From Chiloscyllium plagiosum (Eukaryota): a DNA stretch of 43,735 nt. This document shows, one piece after another, positions 10,701 through 23,076 of this stretch. The notes beneath the pieces are model-generated. The model was not told the origin of the DNA. It worked only from the letters and a program-made list of their open reading frames with translations, and did no database searches. Position 1 is the stretch's first letter. Each line of letters opens with the position of its first letter. The stretch covers positions 36,388,390 to 36,432,124 of the forward strand of contig NC_057718.1 in the NCBI RefSeq assembly GCF_004010195.1, in the 5' to 3' direction. Position numbers and translations under genes: made by a program.

Positions 10701-11369
10701 GATTGTTGGAGGCTACCTTTTGGTTTTCAGGGCTTCCTTCTTCATTCTCACTAACTCCTTCATTAGGTAATACAGTTGTACGGTATTATTAGCTTCTGTT
10801 TTGTGTTGACATACAGGGGATATTGACTCACACAGAAGCAGAATTAAAATGGCTCATTAATATCCTCAGTGGATCATCATCATTCCATTTACCTTCAGGC
10901 TACAATACACAAAGAAGGCATTAACTTCCTAGATGCTTGAAATTTTCAAATAGACAGAAGGCAACATGTATAAGTTAGGAATTATTGATTACTTATTTTT
11001 AAAAAATTAATACATACTTCAGTCCACAAAAATCCATTGCCCGAAACACTCTTTTCATGAATTAGTGAAATCACAGCTAAAGAGTTGCATGCTTGTTCTT
11101 AACACAGCCACTGTAACTTAAATAATTCATATGAGGTATGATAACACATAAATGCAATTTTTTGAAATGAAGCTGTTCAATATTAAAATACCCAATTATC
11201 ACAATGTTTCTTAGAGTAGCATCAATGTATTTTCCTCCATATTGTAGTTGTTGAATTCCTGCTGCCTTAAGCTAGAGACCCCACATTAATTTATAAGGAA
11301 TTCATTACCTCAGTATTTCTGATTCATAATGAGCTGAGAAATCCCTTCTTGAAAATTTAAATACCGTTC

Positions 11370-11810
11370 TCCCCATTTTATGGCTTCCTCCCTCCTTTCC
11401 CAAGTCCACTACAGCTTTGTAGGTCCTCATTTCTTTTGGCAGACCCTCTCCCACTTTTGTCAATCCTCTCTCCATTTGCATTCATTCATTCTCATTTGCA
11501 TACCCTCACTCCCAAATGCAGACCCTCTCCCAATTTTGCATGGCCCTCTCCCATTTTTCAGGCCCTCAATCCCCTTTTCAGACTGACACTCCATTTGCAA
11601 ACTTACCCTCCACTTTGGTGCTTCCCCAGACCCTCTCCTCTTATAGGCCTTCTCTCCACTTTGCAGCCTCTGTCTCCAATATTGTAGCCTCCCTTTGCAG
11701 CTTCTCACACTCAACTTTGCAGCTGTTCTTTCACAACATTGCATCCACACTCCCCTTTGCCCATTGGGCTCTAACCTCATCCACGTTGCTTCATACTGCC
11801 CCATCTTCCC
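11370..11810. repeat. Pyrimidine-rich low-complexity/degenerate tandem region
   Basis: Recurring 'ccctctcccactttgca'-like units. Confidence 0.5.
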
Positions 11811-12066
11811 TGGTGAGTAAGGGTTCCGGGACCCTGCAGTAAACTCACAATGATGCCATTGACCTGCATGCCGCTAAGCAAAAATAGCACAGTGTCAGCA
11901 GAGTTAGAACATTCTATTCTTTGGAAGACTGCCATGAGCACAGGAACACGAACACATCTAATGTTATGAAAAAGACACAGCTTGGCATATCTATGGTGAT
12001 CATATATAGCAACGCTTAGTATTAAGTATAATAAACAGTGTAACTTTGAAGTCTAAGCCTGAAGAT

Positions 12067-12255
12067 AGTTATAGAGTCAGAGACACAGAGTCATACAGAA
12101 TTAAAACAAACCCTTCAGTCCAATTTGTTTATGTGAACCAAGTTTCCCAAACTAAACAAGTCCCATTTTCTTCTGTTTGATCCATATCTCTGTAATCCTT
12201 TCCTATTCATATACCTGTCCAAATGTCTCTTCAATGTTGTATCTGTACCTGCATT
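12067..12255 (-). mobile_element. CR1/HER1-type LINE 3' end
   Basis: Similar to the adjacent 12367 tail; 'agagtcatacag..cccttcagtcc'. Confidence 0.7.
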
Positions 12256-12366
12256 TAGTTCTTAAGTTTGCCTTTTTCTTAATCAGTCCACCTCAAACCC
12301 AAATTCACAGTGTGGCATCAAAACCACCATTCCCTAGTTTTGCTCTGATTCCCCTATCCTCTGCGA

Positions 12367-14415
12367 TCATAGAATCATAGAGCCATACAACATGGAAAAA
12401 ATTCCCTTTGGTCTAATTGGCCCATGCCAACCACATTCCCAAACTAAACTAGTCCCACCTGCCTGTGCTTGACCCACATCTCTCCAAAACTTTCATATTC
12501 ATGTACTTATCCAAATGTATGCAATCTGCAACTGTACCTGCTTCTATTACTGTCTGGCAGTTCATTCCACACACGAACCATTCTCTGCATAAAAATGTTG
12601 TGCCTCATGTCCTTTGTAAATCTTCCTCCTCTCACCTTAAAAACATGCCCTTAGTTTTGAACTCGCCCAGCCTCAGGCAAAGATGCTTGCTATTCACCTT
12701 ATCTATGCCCCTCATGATTTTATAAACTCCTATAAGATTACCCCTCAAGCTCCTATGCTCTAGGGAAAAAACGTCTCTGCCTATTTTTATGACTCAAGCC
12801 CTCCATTCTTGGTGACATCCTGGTAAATCTTTTCTGAACCTTCTCCAATTAATAATATCTTTCCTATAACAGGGCGACCAAAACTGCATTCAGTTCTCCA
12901 GAAAAAGGCTTCTTGTTTTGTACAACATCAACGTGATATCCCAACTCCTATACTCAAAGGTCTGAGCAATGAAGACAAATGTACTAAATGCCTTCTTAAC
13001 CACCCTGTCTAACTGAAATGCAAAATTTAAAGAATTATAGACCTGAAATCCTTGGTCTCTCTATTTTACAACTCGACCCAGAGCCCTATCATTAATTGTA
13101 TAATCCTCTGCTGGCAAATCAAAGTCACCTGCCAACTGGAGGGAGAGCACCTCAGCTTTCGCCTTGGGACCTTCCAAACACAGCAACATTGACTTATTTG
13201 TTTTACCAAAATACAATATTCGGCATTTATCCAAATTAAATTCCATCAGCCACTCCTCAGCCCATTGATCCAAATGATCAAGATCTCTTTGTAATCTTAG
13301 ATAGTCTTCATCACTGTCCACCATACCACCAATTTTGGTGTCATTCGCAAACTTAATAACCATGCCTCCGATATTCTCATCAAAAATATTTACATAAATG
13401 TCAAACAAAAGCGGACTGAGTACAGATCCCTATGGAACACCGCTGGTCACAGGCCTCCAGTCTGAAAAACAACCCTCTGCTACACCTTTCTGTCTTCTGC
13501 TGTTAAGCCAATTTTTTATCCAATTAACAAACTCACCCTGAATCTCTGGGATGCATGTACCAAACAACCCACCACCCAGTGGCCAACTACTTCAACTCTT
13601 CCTCCCCCCCCCCCCCCCCCAAGGACATGCAAGTCCTCGACCTCCTCCACTGTCAAATCAAAGCCACCTGCCAACTGGAGGGAGAACACCTTCTCTTCTG
13701 CCTTGGGACCTTCCAACCACACGGCATCACATTGACTTCACCAGTTTCCAAATCTCCCCTCCCCCTATTTTATCCCAGATCCAACTCTCCAACTCGACAC
13801 CGCCCTCTGGACCTGTTCTACCTGTCAATCTTCCTTCCCACCTATCCCCTCCACCCTCCTCACTGACCTATCATAATTACCTCCCACCTGCATCCACTTA
13901 ATGCCTTCCCAGCTACCTTCCTCCAAGCCCTGCCCTCACCCACTATTGACCTCTCAGCCCCTTGCTCCCTCCACATTCCTGATGAAGGGCTTATACCCGA
14001 AACATTGACTCTCCTGCTCCTCGGATGCTGCCTGACCTTCTGTGTTTTTCCAGTGCCACACTTTTCAACTGACTCCATCATCTGCAGTCCTCGCTTTCTG
14101 GGCAAAGGTGGATACTGGAGAGGCTGGAAATTAGAATCAAGATTAGTGTAGTGCTGGAAAAGCACAGCAGGTCAGGCAGCATCCAAGGAGCAGGAAAATT
14201 GACGTTTCAGGCAAAAGCCCTTTATCAGGAATGGGGCTGGGAGTCTCAGGTTTGGAAAGATAAATGAGAAACTGGGTGGGGCTGGGGAGAAAGTCCTCAC
14301 TTCCTGCTGAATCCCATTAATCTACCATGCAGAACCTTGTTAAAGGCTTTACTAAAGTCCTAGCAGACAATGTCTACTGCTCTGCCCTCATCAATCTTTT
14401 TGATTACTTCCTCAA
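12367..14415 (-). mobile_element. CR1 LINE 3' portion (RT pseudogene) with nested Penelope pieces (~13110-13192 and 13545-14306)
   Basis: ORF 13061-13408 'KFANDTKIGG..LQRDLDHLDQWAEEWLMEFNLDKC'; tail tcatagaatcataga. Confidence 0.9.
13545..14306 (+). mobile_element. Penelope-like element (GIY-YIG C-terminus, pLTR, inverted arm ~14130-14290)
   Basis: 'HPVANYFNS..DMQVLDLL..LEGEHLLFCLGTFQPHG'; hammerhead core CTGATGA..GAAA at 13979-14002; 7-bp TSD ctgaatc at 13538-13544 and 14307-14313. Confidence 0.85.
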
Positions 14416-14783
14416 AAGGGAAGTCTCGCTTTCTGGGCTCGAGTCTCTCTTTCCATCTCCCACACACAATTGCTGCTCATCCCTGAGCCTAACCAGCCTC
14501 TTCTCCTCTGCCCACAACATCTCATACTGAGTTTGTGTCAGCAGCCAATGTAGGGGAGAACCAGCCTTTGAGTGGATACCAGCTCCACAGAAATTCTCAC
14601 AGTTCTGCTTATAGGGTGGGAGGAGTGATTATTCTCTGATTGGATTTTCCTGTGTGTTTTGCCAGGTTTCAGGGGTAAATTTGCCAAATTCCCCATTTGT
14701 TTAGATCGTTTCTTCTGAAATTCCCTCCCTAAACCACAGTGCCTCTCAACCTCTCCCTCCATCTTAAAATTTACCCCTTTGAG

Positions 14784-17700
14784 TCATAGAGTCATAGAGT
14801 CATAGAAATGTACAGCATGGAAACAGACCCTTCGGTCCACCCCATCCATGCCAACCATATATCCCAATCCAACTGAGTCCCACCTGACAGCACCCGGCCC
14901 ATATCCCTCCAAACCCTTCCAATTTATATACCCATCTAAATGACTTTTAAATATTGCAATTGTACCTGCCTCCAACATTTCCTTGGGCAGCTCATTCCAT
15001 ACACGTACCACCCTCTGTGTGAAAAGGTTGCCCCTTAGGTCTCTTTTATATCTTTCTCCTCACCATAACTCTATACCCTCTAGATTAGATTAGATTACAT
15101 TACAGTGTGGAAACAGGCCCTTTGGCCCAACAAGTCCACACCGAACCACCGAAGCGCAACCCATCCATACCCCTACATTTACCCCTTACCTAACACTACG
15201 GGCAATTTAGCATGGCCAATTCACCAGACCTGCACATCTTTGGACTGTGGGAGGAAACCGGAGCACCCGGAGGAAACCCACGCAGACACGGGGAGAACGT
15301 GCAAACTCCACACAGTCAGTCGCCTGAGATGGGAATTGAACCCGGGTCTCAGGCGCTGTGAGGCAGCAGTGCTAACCACTGTGCCACCGTGCCGCTCTAG
15401 TTCTGGACTCCCTGACCTCAGGGAAAAGACTTTGTCTATTTATCCTATCCATGCCCCACATGATTTTGTAAATCTCCATAAGGTCACTCCCTCAACCACT
15501 GACACTCCACGGAAAACAGCCCCAGCCTGGTCAGCCTCTCCCCATAGCTCAAATCCTCCAACCTTGGCAACATCCTTGTAAATCTTTTCTGAACCCCTTC
15601 AAGTTTCACAACATCTTTCTGATAGGAAGGAGACCAGAACTGCACGCAATATTCCAACAGTGGCCTAACCAATGGCCTGTACAGCTGCAACATGATCTCC
15701 CATCTCCTGTACTCAATACTCTGACCGATTAAAGGAAAGCATACCAAGCGCCTTCTTCACTATCCTATCTACTTGCGACTCCACTTTCAAGGAGCTATGA
15801 ACCTGTACTCCAAGGTCTCTTTGTTCAGCAACACTCCCTAGGACTTTAACATTAGGTGTATAAGTCCTGCTAAGATTTGCTTTCCAAAAATGCAGCACTT
15901 CGCATTTATCTGAATTAAACTCCATCTGCCACTTCTCAGCCCATTGGCCCATCTGATCAAGATCCTGTTGTAATCTGAGGTAACCTCCTTCGCTGTCCAC
16001 TATACCTCCAATTTTGGTGTCATCTGCAAACTTACTAACTATACCTCTTATACTCACATCCAAATCATTTATGTAAATGACAAAAAGTAGGGGACCCAAC
16101 ACTGATCCTTGTGGCACTCCACTGGTCACAGGCCTCCAGTCTGAGAAACAACCCTCCACCATCACCTTCTGACTTCTACCTTTGAGCCAGTTCTTGATCC
16201 AAATGGCTAGTTGTCCCTGTATTCCGTGAGATCTAACCTTGCTAATCAGTCTCCCATGGGGATCCTTGTTGAACACCTTACTGAAGTCCATATAGATCAC
16301 ATCTACCGCTCTGCCCTCATCAATCCTCTTTGTTACTTCTTCAAAAAAACTCAATCAAGTTTGTAAGACATGATTTCCCATGCACAAACCCATGTTGACT
16401 ATCCCTAATCAGTCCTTGCCTTTCCAAATACATGTACATCCCGTCCCTCAGGATTCCCTCCAACAACTTGTCCACCACCGACGTCAGGCTCACTGGTCTA
16501 TAGTTCCCCGGCTTATCCTTTCCACTTTTCTTTAACAGTGGCACCACGTTAGCCACGTTAGCCAACGTTAGCCATCCTCCAGTCTTCCGGCACCTCACCT
16601 GTGACTATCAATGATATAAATATCTCAGCAAGAGGCCCAGCAATCACCTCTCTACACCTGATCAGGTCCTGGAGATTTATCCACCTTTATGCGTTTCAAG
16701 ACATCCAGCACTTCCTCCTCTGCAATATGGACATTTTGCAAGGTGTCAGCATCTATTTCCCTACATTCTATATATTCCATATCCTTTTCCCCACAGTAAA
16801 TTCTGATGCAAAATACTTGTTTAGTATCTCCCCCATTTTCTGTGGCTCCACACAAAGGCCGCCTTGCTGATCTTTGAGGGGCCCTATTCTCTCCCTAGTT
16901 ACCCTTTTATCCTTAATGTATTTGTAAAACCCTTTGGATTCTTCTTAATTCTATTTGCCAAAGCTATCTCATGTCCCCTTTTTGCCCTCCTGATTTCCCT
17001 CTTAAGTATACTCCTACTTCCTTTATACTCTTCTGAGGATTCACTCGATATATCCTGTCTCTACCTTACATATGCTTCCTTCTTTTTCTTAACCAAACCC
17101 TCCATTTCTTTAGTCATCCAGCATTCTATCCAGCAGGGATACAAGTGGGCAGTTTCCAATCTGTTACAGTTGAGAGAACCCTCCCATAATCACCCTATTA
17201 TTCTTACAGATGGGTGAGATCTCCTTACAAATTTGTTTTTCAATTTTCCTCTGACTATTAGGAGGTCTATAATACATTCCCAATAAGGTTATCATCCCTT
17301 TCTTATTTCTCAGTTCCACCCAAATCACTTCCCTGGATGTATTTCCAGGAATATCCTCCCTCAGCACAGCTGTAATGCTATCCCTTATCAAAAACACCAC
17401 TCCCTCTCCTCTCTTGCCTCCCTTTCTATCCTTCCTGTAGCAATTATATCCTAGAACATTAAGCTGCCAGTCCTGCCCATCCCTGAGCCATGTTGCTGTA
17501 ATTGCAATGATATCCCAGTCTCATGTTCCTAACCCTCCCCTGAGTTCATCTGCCTTCCCCATTAGGCCCCTTGTATTGAAATAAATGCAGTTTAATTTAT
17601 TAGTCCTACCTTGTCCCTGCTTGCCCTGACTGTTTGACTCTCTTTTGTTCTCAACTGTACCAGATTGATCTGTATCCTCACTATCTCCCCTGGGCACACA

Positions 17701-18525
17701 CACCCCCCACCCTCCCTCCTGAGCAGCTCTAGCAAATTTCCCTGTCAGTATATTGGTCCCCTTCCAATTTAGGTGCAATCCGTCCTTCTTGTACAGGTCA
17801 CTTCTACCCCAAAAGAGATTCCAATGATCCAAAAATGTCAATCCTTCTCCCATACACCAGCTCCTCAGCCATGCATTCATCCACTCTATCCTCCTACTCC
17901 TGCCCTCACCAGCTTGTAGCACCAGGAGTAATCCAGATATTACTACTCTCAAGGACTTCCTTTTAAAATTCCTGCCTAACTCTCTGTAATCACCCTTCAG
18001 AATCTCAACCTTTTCTCTCCCTATGTCATGGTTCCAATGTGGACAATGACCTCTTGCTGGCCCCTCTCCCCCTTGAGAACATTCTGCACCCTCTCTGAGA
18101 CATTCTTGATCCTGGCACCAGAAGAGCAACACACCATTCTGCTTTTTCGCTGCTGGCCACAGAAACGTCTGTCTGTACCTCGGACTAAAGAATCCCCTAA
18201 CACAATTGATCTCTTGGAACCCAACATACCCCTCGTTGCATTTGAGCCAGTCTCAATATCAGAAACTTGGCTGTTCGTGCTACGTTCCCCTGAGAATCCA
18301 TCACCCCCTACATTTTCCAAAACAGCATACTTGTTTGAAATGGGTATATCCACAAAAGACTCCTGCACTGGATGCCTACCTCTCTTACCTTTCCTGGAGT
18401 TAACCCATCTATGTGACTGTAGCTGGGGTAAAAAGGTAACTAGGGAGAGAATAGGGCCCCTTCCTAGAACTGCCATCCATCACATACTGTTGCTGTTGCA
18501 AATCCCCCATTGCTTCTATCTGTGA
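14784..18525 (-). mobile_element. Near-full-length CR1 (HER1-like) LINE: ORF1 SGNH esterase, APE endonuclease, RT; frameshifted with an internal deletion near 17130
   Basis: ORF1 'LGDSLVRG..HIGT[ND]..DGLHLN'; EN 'LGMYYRPPNS'; RT 'YRPVSLTSVV','GVPQGSVLGP','KFADDTK'; (CTATGACT)n tail. Confidence 0.95.
15084..15394 (-). mobile_element. HE1-like (V-SINE) tRNA-derived SINE inserted in the CR1
   Basis: Head 'cggcacggtggcacagtggttagcactgctgcctcacag..ggttcaattcc', V-domain 'tgtggagtttgcacgttctcccc', (TCTAA)n tail; TSD ctctag at 15078-15083 and 15395-15400. Confidence 0.95.
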
Positions 18526-18527
18526 TC

Positions 18528-18640
18528 AAGCTTTTCGTCACCATATCTCCATGCATAGCTGAGTGCCCAATTTTATTTTGATAACTGCTCCTGTGAATCA
18601 TGGTGAGACATTTCCTAAGTGAAAGACACTATAAATACAG
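18528..18640 (+). mobile_element. L2-type LINE 3' tail
   Basis: 'gctcctgtgaa..gagacatttc..aaagacactataaat' resembles L2 3' termini. Confidence 0.45.
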
Positions 18641-19339
18641 CATCACTGTAAACTGTTATTGTTACATGATAAGGTATCCTTGTAAACTGTAGTTATGTGA
18701 AATGGAACACACTGCTGTAAACTGGAAACTATACTGCTGTATGTTACTGATCTGTTCACAACTCTGAATCTATTTTAACATGCTGATCACATGATTTATA
18801 GAAATTCTGATGGAGGCAATATTTCAATCAGAGCATCTTTCTACTGCTTATTTGTTGCTCTTTCAGGGATATATCAGTCAACATTCAGGATTTTTGATTT
18901 GGAGGAGCCGGTGTTCAACTGCGGTGTACAAAGTTAAAAATCACACAACACCAGAAAATATCCATCATCAAGAAAAAACCATCCATCCAGATTCCTTTCC
19001 CCTTCAATTAATTGGGGAATAAAATAAAAGTATTTTGGTCTTGTCGAGATGAAAGTCATCTTCTTAGATACTTATGATAGCAGACCTCTTTCTTATTAAT
19101 TAATAAAACTCCTTTATATTTAAGATAATAAGGAAAGATAAAGTAAAAAAATCTGTAATAAAAACAGGATGCATGATTTTTGGAGCTCACTTTTTTGCAT
19201 AAAGTTAAATCAATTTTATAGTTTCAGGCGATGGCTTTTCCAACTGTTCTAACTGCAAATATATCATAGAAATACTCTATAATTTATAAAATATGATGCC
19301 CTGCACTTCAGACAAGGCTACCACTAAATCTTAACACTG

Positions 19340-19500
19340 CTGTCTTTCCCAGAGCAAGAGTTCCCTGGGTAACTAATGTTTCTGTCATCAGTTTCATGCA
19401 TTGGTGCACAGAGGATTGACTTATTGGGTACATACTGCCGGTGGTGGCTTGGAATTTTCTATTCATATAGAACTTCAAGACTATCATTAGTTTCCTGGCC
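19340..19500 (-). pseudogene. PIF/Harbinger transposase fragment
   Basis: 'LMIVLKFYMNRKFQATTGSMYPISQSSVHQCMKLMTETL' parallels the HARBI1-family pattern 'ALGFYTSGSFQ..GD..GISQASMSRCV..VTEAL'. Confidence 0.65.
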
Positions 19501-20280
19501 TGTCTCATGCTGTTTCTGTGTCTGACTCAAAGGGATGATATACTTTTGATTCTTCATCACTCGTGAGGTTTGAGTGGCAAAATGTTGCTTTCCAATTATG
19601 TACCTAGGTTGCTTTCCCCTGGTATTGCTTCAGTCACTTTGGCTAAAGTTGGATATGACAGAACTCACACTTCTGGGGGAATCCTTTCCCTCTTTAAAAC
19701 TAGCAGAAAGTTTGTGGTGTTGACAGAAAAAAATTCAATTTAACTCTTTGATAAAAGTACAATAGTCATTATCCTTTCATATTATTCCATTGTTACTCCA
19801 CTGTACTCCTATACCTGAGTACGTGACAATAAAAATCTAATTCTAATTCTAAAATCTGATTCTTATTTGATATTTCCCAGATACATGTAATCTTTATTCC
19901 CATGAAAACCACCTTTGAATTGGGAAGTAGCTGGTGAACTGTTGGTACTGTTGACACCTGTACATGCATGCTACCATCATTCAAACAAGCTTCTGACCAT
20001 AAGTTGTTTTAATGACTAAAAGTGAAAATATGCTCTGTTTCAAAAAATATAAACACAGAATATGAATTAATCATTACAACTTCAGAGGTGCATCTAAAAA
20101 TCCATTCAACTTATTCAGCCTCAAACCAAGACAATCCACTCACAAGGGCTTTATCCTGTATATTCAGCTCTCTGAGTGAAAGTTATATAAATAATTCTTA
20201 AACCAAATGTCAAAATGTCTACCCAGCCTCAGCACTTCAATTTTTTCATTCTGGTATTCCAAACATGAGGCTTATTCAGT

Positions 20281-21162
20281 TGTTATGCTTTGCAAATGTC
20301 TCTTTATTACTGGATAAACTGAGGGGAGTCATATGCCCCATCTAAACCTGGCTGACAACAGATTATAAAGATTAGAGACCCACGATGCTTTCCTGGTAAG
20401 AAAGTGAAAGGTATGCACACTTGGAGACAATGACAGAAATTTGTACTCACGGGGGAGAACACAGTTGACTGCTAACCTTCAAAGTCTAAAAACAGTATTT
20501 TCTACAGTTATGCTTTTCACTGCCTGCTTGTTTCCAAGATAAAAGAGAATTGGTGTCTCAAAAGAAGTTAATCAGCACTTCTACATAGTTCCAAGTCCCA
20601 TGAGATTTATGTCACCATGGAGATGTCCTTTGAGGAGGAAAGGGTTTCTAAGATATCCCTGAAAATTCACATACAGTCTTACAGCACCTTGGAGAGAGAG
20701 AGCAGCTAGCGGCCGAAAGACTCAATGCTCCCCATCCAAGATCAAATTGGTGGGAATTTAAAACAAGGATAGAAGACCTAGCTTGAGCTAAAGGGAGGAT
20801 CACCTGAACAAGTCCTTACCATGAAAGACAGCTTCGGGGTTAAAGGTTAGAGATTGGAAAAGGAAATTAATGGGAGAAGAAAACCCTCAGGAGCTAAACA
20901 TGATTTTGGACTGAATTCCAGAAAATCAAATGAAAGCTTAAAGGATAGTATAAAGCATGGCTATGAAGTGGGTGATAAAAGTCAAAGGGAGAAATTCTGT
21001 GTTTTAGTTTAAAGGAGAAATTGTCTATTGGTAATTAGTGCTTCCAATCTGTTTGTTACATTAAAGGTTTTAACACATTCCATGTATCCATATTATCCTT
21101 TCAGCTATCAGCTAGAAGCTTGAGGGTTTTTTAAGTAATTGGTCTCTATCAGGATGATAACA
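20281..21162 (+). mobile_element. Candidate solo LTR
   Basis: Termini TGTTAT...ATAACA form a perfect 6-bp inverted repeat; ATTAAA ~100 bp before the end. No clean TSD. Confidence 0.4.
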
Positions 21163-22189
21163 CTTGTCACTGGTCTTTATATTATGTGATAATTTAACGG
21201 TTTTAGCTACGAACATGCTGGAAAATTTAACATTGTTTCACAGTGCTTGTGACATCAAATTTAAGTTTAATTGATAATCATCCTATCTCTATAGATTCAT
21301 GCACTTGTTTATTTTCCATACAATGTAAAACCAGCATATCTGATACAATGGTTCATGCAAACACATCAATTTGTTTCCAAACGCTGCAATTACCAGCAGA
21401 TGTACAATCTTATTTCCAGTGCTTGCTCAGTATTCAGTTGCATTATTATTTCTGTAGTATTCTAATCCTGCAGGAAATCCTACTCACATGTCTTTGACCC
21501 CATCAAGTAATTCTGTTTCTTAATTAAATCAATTGTTTTCTGCAGCTGCTGTTAAACAGGTAATGAAAAAGGATGGGGACAACAGAAACATAATAATTTT
21601 AATAATATTTCAAACACAATTTCTACAAATTATGCCAAAGCATCCAAGAAGAAGGGACTTGGAAGATTATTGAGTTGTAGGATTTAATATTTCCTTATTA
21701 TCTCAGTGCTGTTTTTTTCTGTGATCTCTTAATCCTGGGCTTTGTGTTGGCAACATAATTATTTTTCAGATTAACCTTGACTTCTTGTCTTCTTATCCAA
21801 TGATTCTTAAAATGCATTCTTGCCTGTGATTTCCACTTCATAACAAGTCACACCTTTGTATCAGCAAAGGTCAATAGCCCATTTTGATGCAGTTGCCTTG
21901 AACTCAGTTAAATTTTCTTTAATTAGAATCATTAAAAATATGTGCTTGATCAATTGGAAATCCATTAATCAGATGTTGCACTCTTTGATATTGTATAACT
22001 CTTTGTAATGCTAAGATTTTGTAGCTTACATTAGGGCCTGATAAACGTATCCTGTAATTTGATATCAAAATTGTAATTTAACTGACCGCACGTTCATTTG
22101 GTTTTCAGTGTATTTGTCCTTACGCAAAAATGAATTACGATAGCTAAATCGGTCAAGGTCGAACTTGAAAGATATAACTGGTGAATAAT

Positions 22190-23005
22190 GGGACACTGTG
22201 GTGTCATGGTATTATCACTGTACTAGTATCTAGAACATTGGAACATAAGACCAGGATTAGGATATTCAACCCCTCAAGCATGGTCCACCATTCTGGATCA
22301 CTTGTCTTAATGCTATAATCCTGCACTATTCTCTAATCCTTTGATTTCATTACTGATGCTAAATCCATTAATCTCTGGTTTGAATGTATTTAATGACTGA
22401 ACTTTCACAGCCATTTGGGGTGAAGCATTCCAAAGATTTCTCATAATCTGAGTGAAGAGGTTCCTCCTCATCTTAGTCATAAAAGGCTTGCTTGTGTTCA
22501 TTTGTTTTAGATCCCAGAGAAAGGGGCCTATTCATCCTTTCTGAATTGACTGTCTCTCTCTCTTTAAGACTTTTATGAGTTCCTATGAGATTACCTCTCA
22601 TTCTTCTAAACTCTAGAGTATTAGAGCTCATTCTCCTCTGTCAGTCCTCAGAAGACAGTCCCACCATCTGGTGAATCTGCCCTCTATGGGCAAAGGTTCA
22701 AGTTCAATCTCTGATGATTTAGATTCAAATTCCACCATGGCAGATGGCGGAATTTAAATTCAATTAACAAACCTGGAATTGAAAGTTTGTCAAAGTCACT
22801 GTGACCATAAAATTTATCATCAATCGTTATGAATACCCATCTCATTCACAAATTTCCTTGAGGGAAGATAATCTGCTCTCTTTGACTGTCTGGCCTGCAT
22901 ATGAATCAGGAGTCACAGTAATATGATTGACTCTTAAATATCCTTGAAATGATTTGGCAGGTCATTCAGTTCAAGAGTTCTGCCAGCTATGCCCACAGCT
23001 CTTGA
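22190..23005 (+). mobile_element. tRNA-SINE family A copy split by a CR1 3' fragment (-, ~22232-22690)
   Basis: Head 'tggtattatcactgtactag' and body 'attcaaattccaccatggcagatgg..cccatct..ttcac' match the reverse complement of 2590-2936; insert encodes 'RRNLFTQIMRNLWNASP'. Confidence 0.7.
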
Positions 23006-23076
23006 AATTACAATTCAGTATCTCACTGAAAGCTCTTCCAACAGCACCTTTTAAATCTACAACTCCTACAATCTAG

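Noticed and set aside
11380..11842. Cluster of overlapping ORFs (also 25995-26541, 15105-15581, 39902-40643)
   Set aside because: They arise from stop-poor low-complexity sequence or SINE/LINE antisense frames.
15084..15394. tRNA genes at SINE heads (also 2.9, 26.7 and 40 kb)
   Set aside because: A/B boxes run into SINE bodies and LINE tails; no complete cloverleaf.
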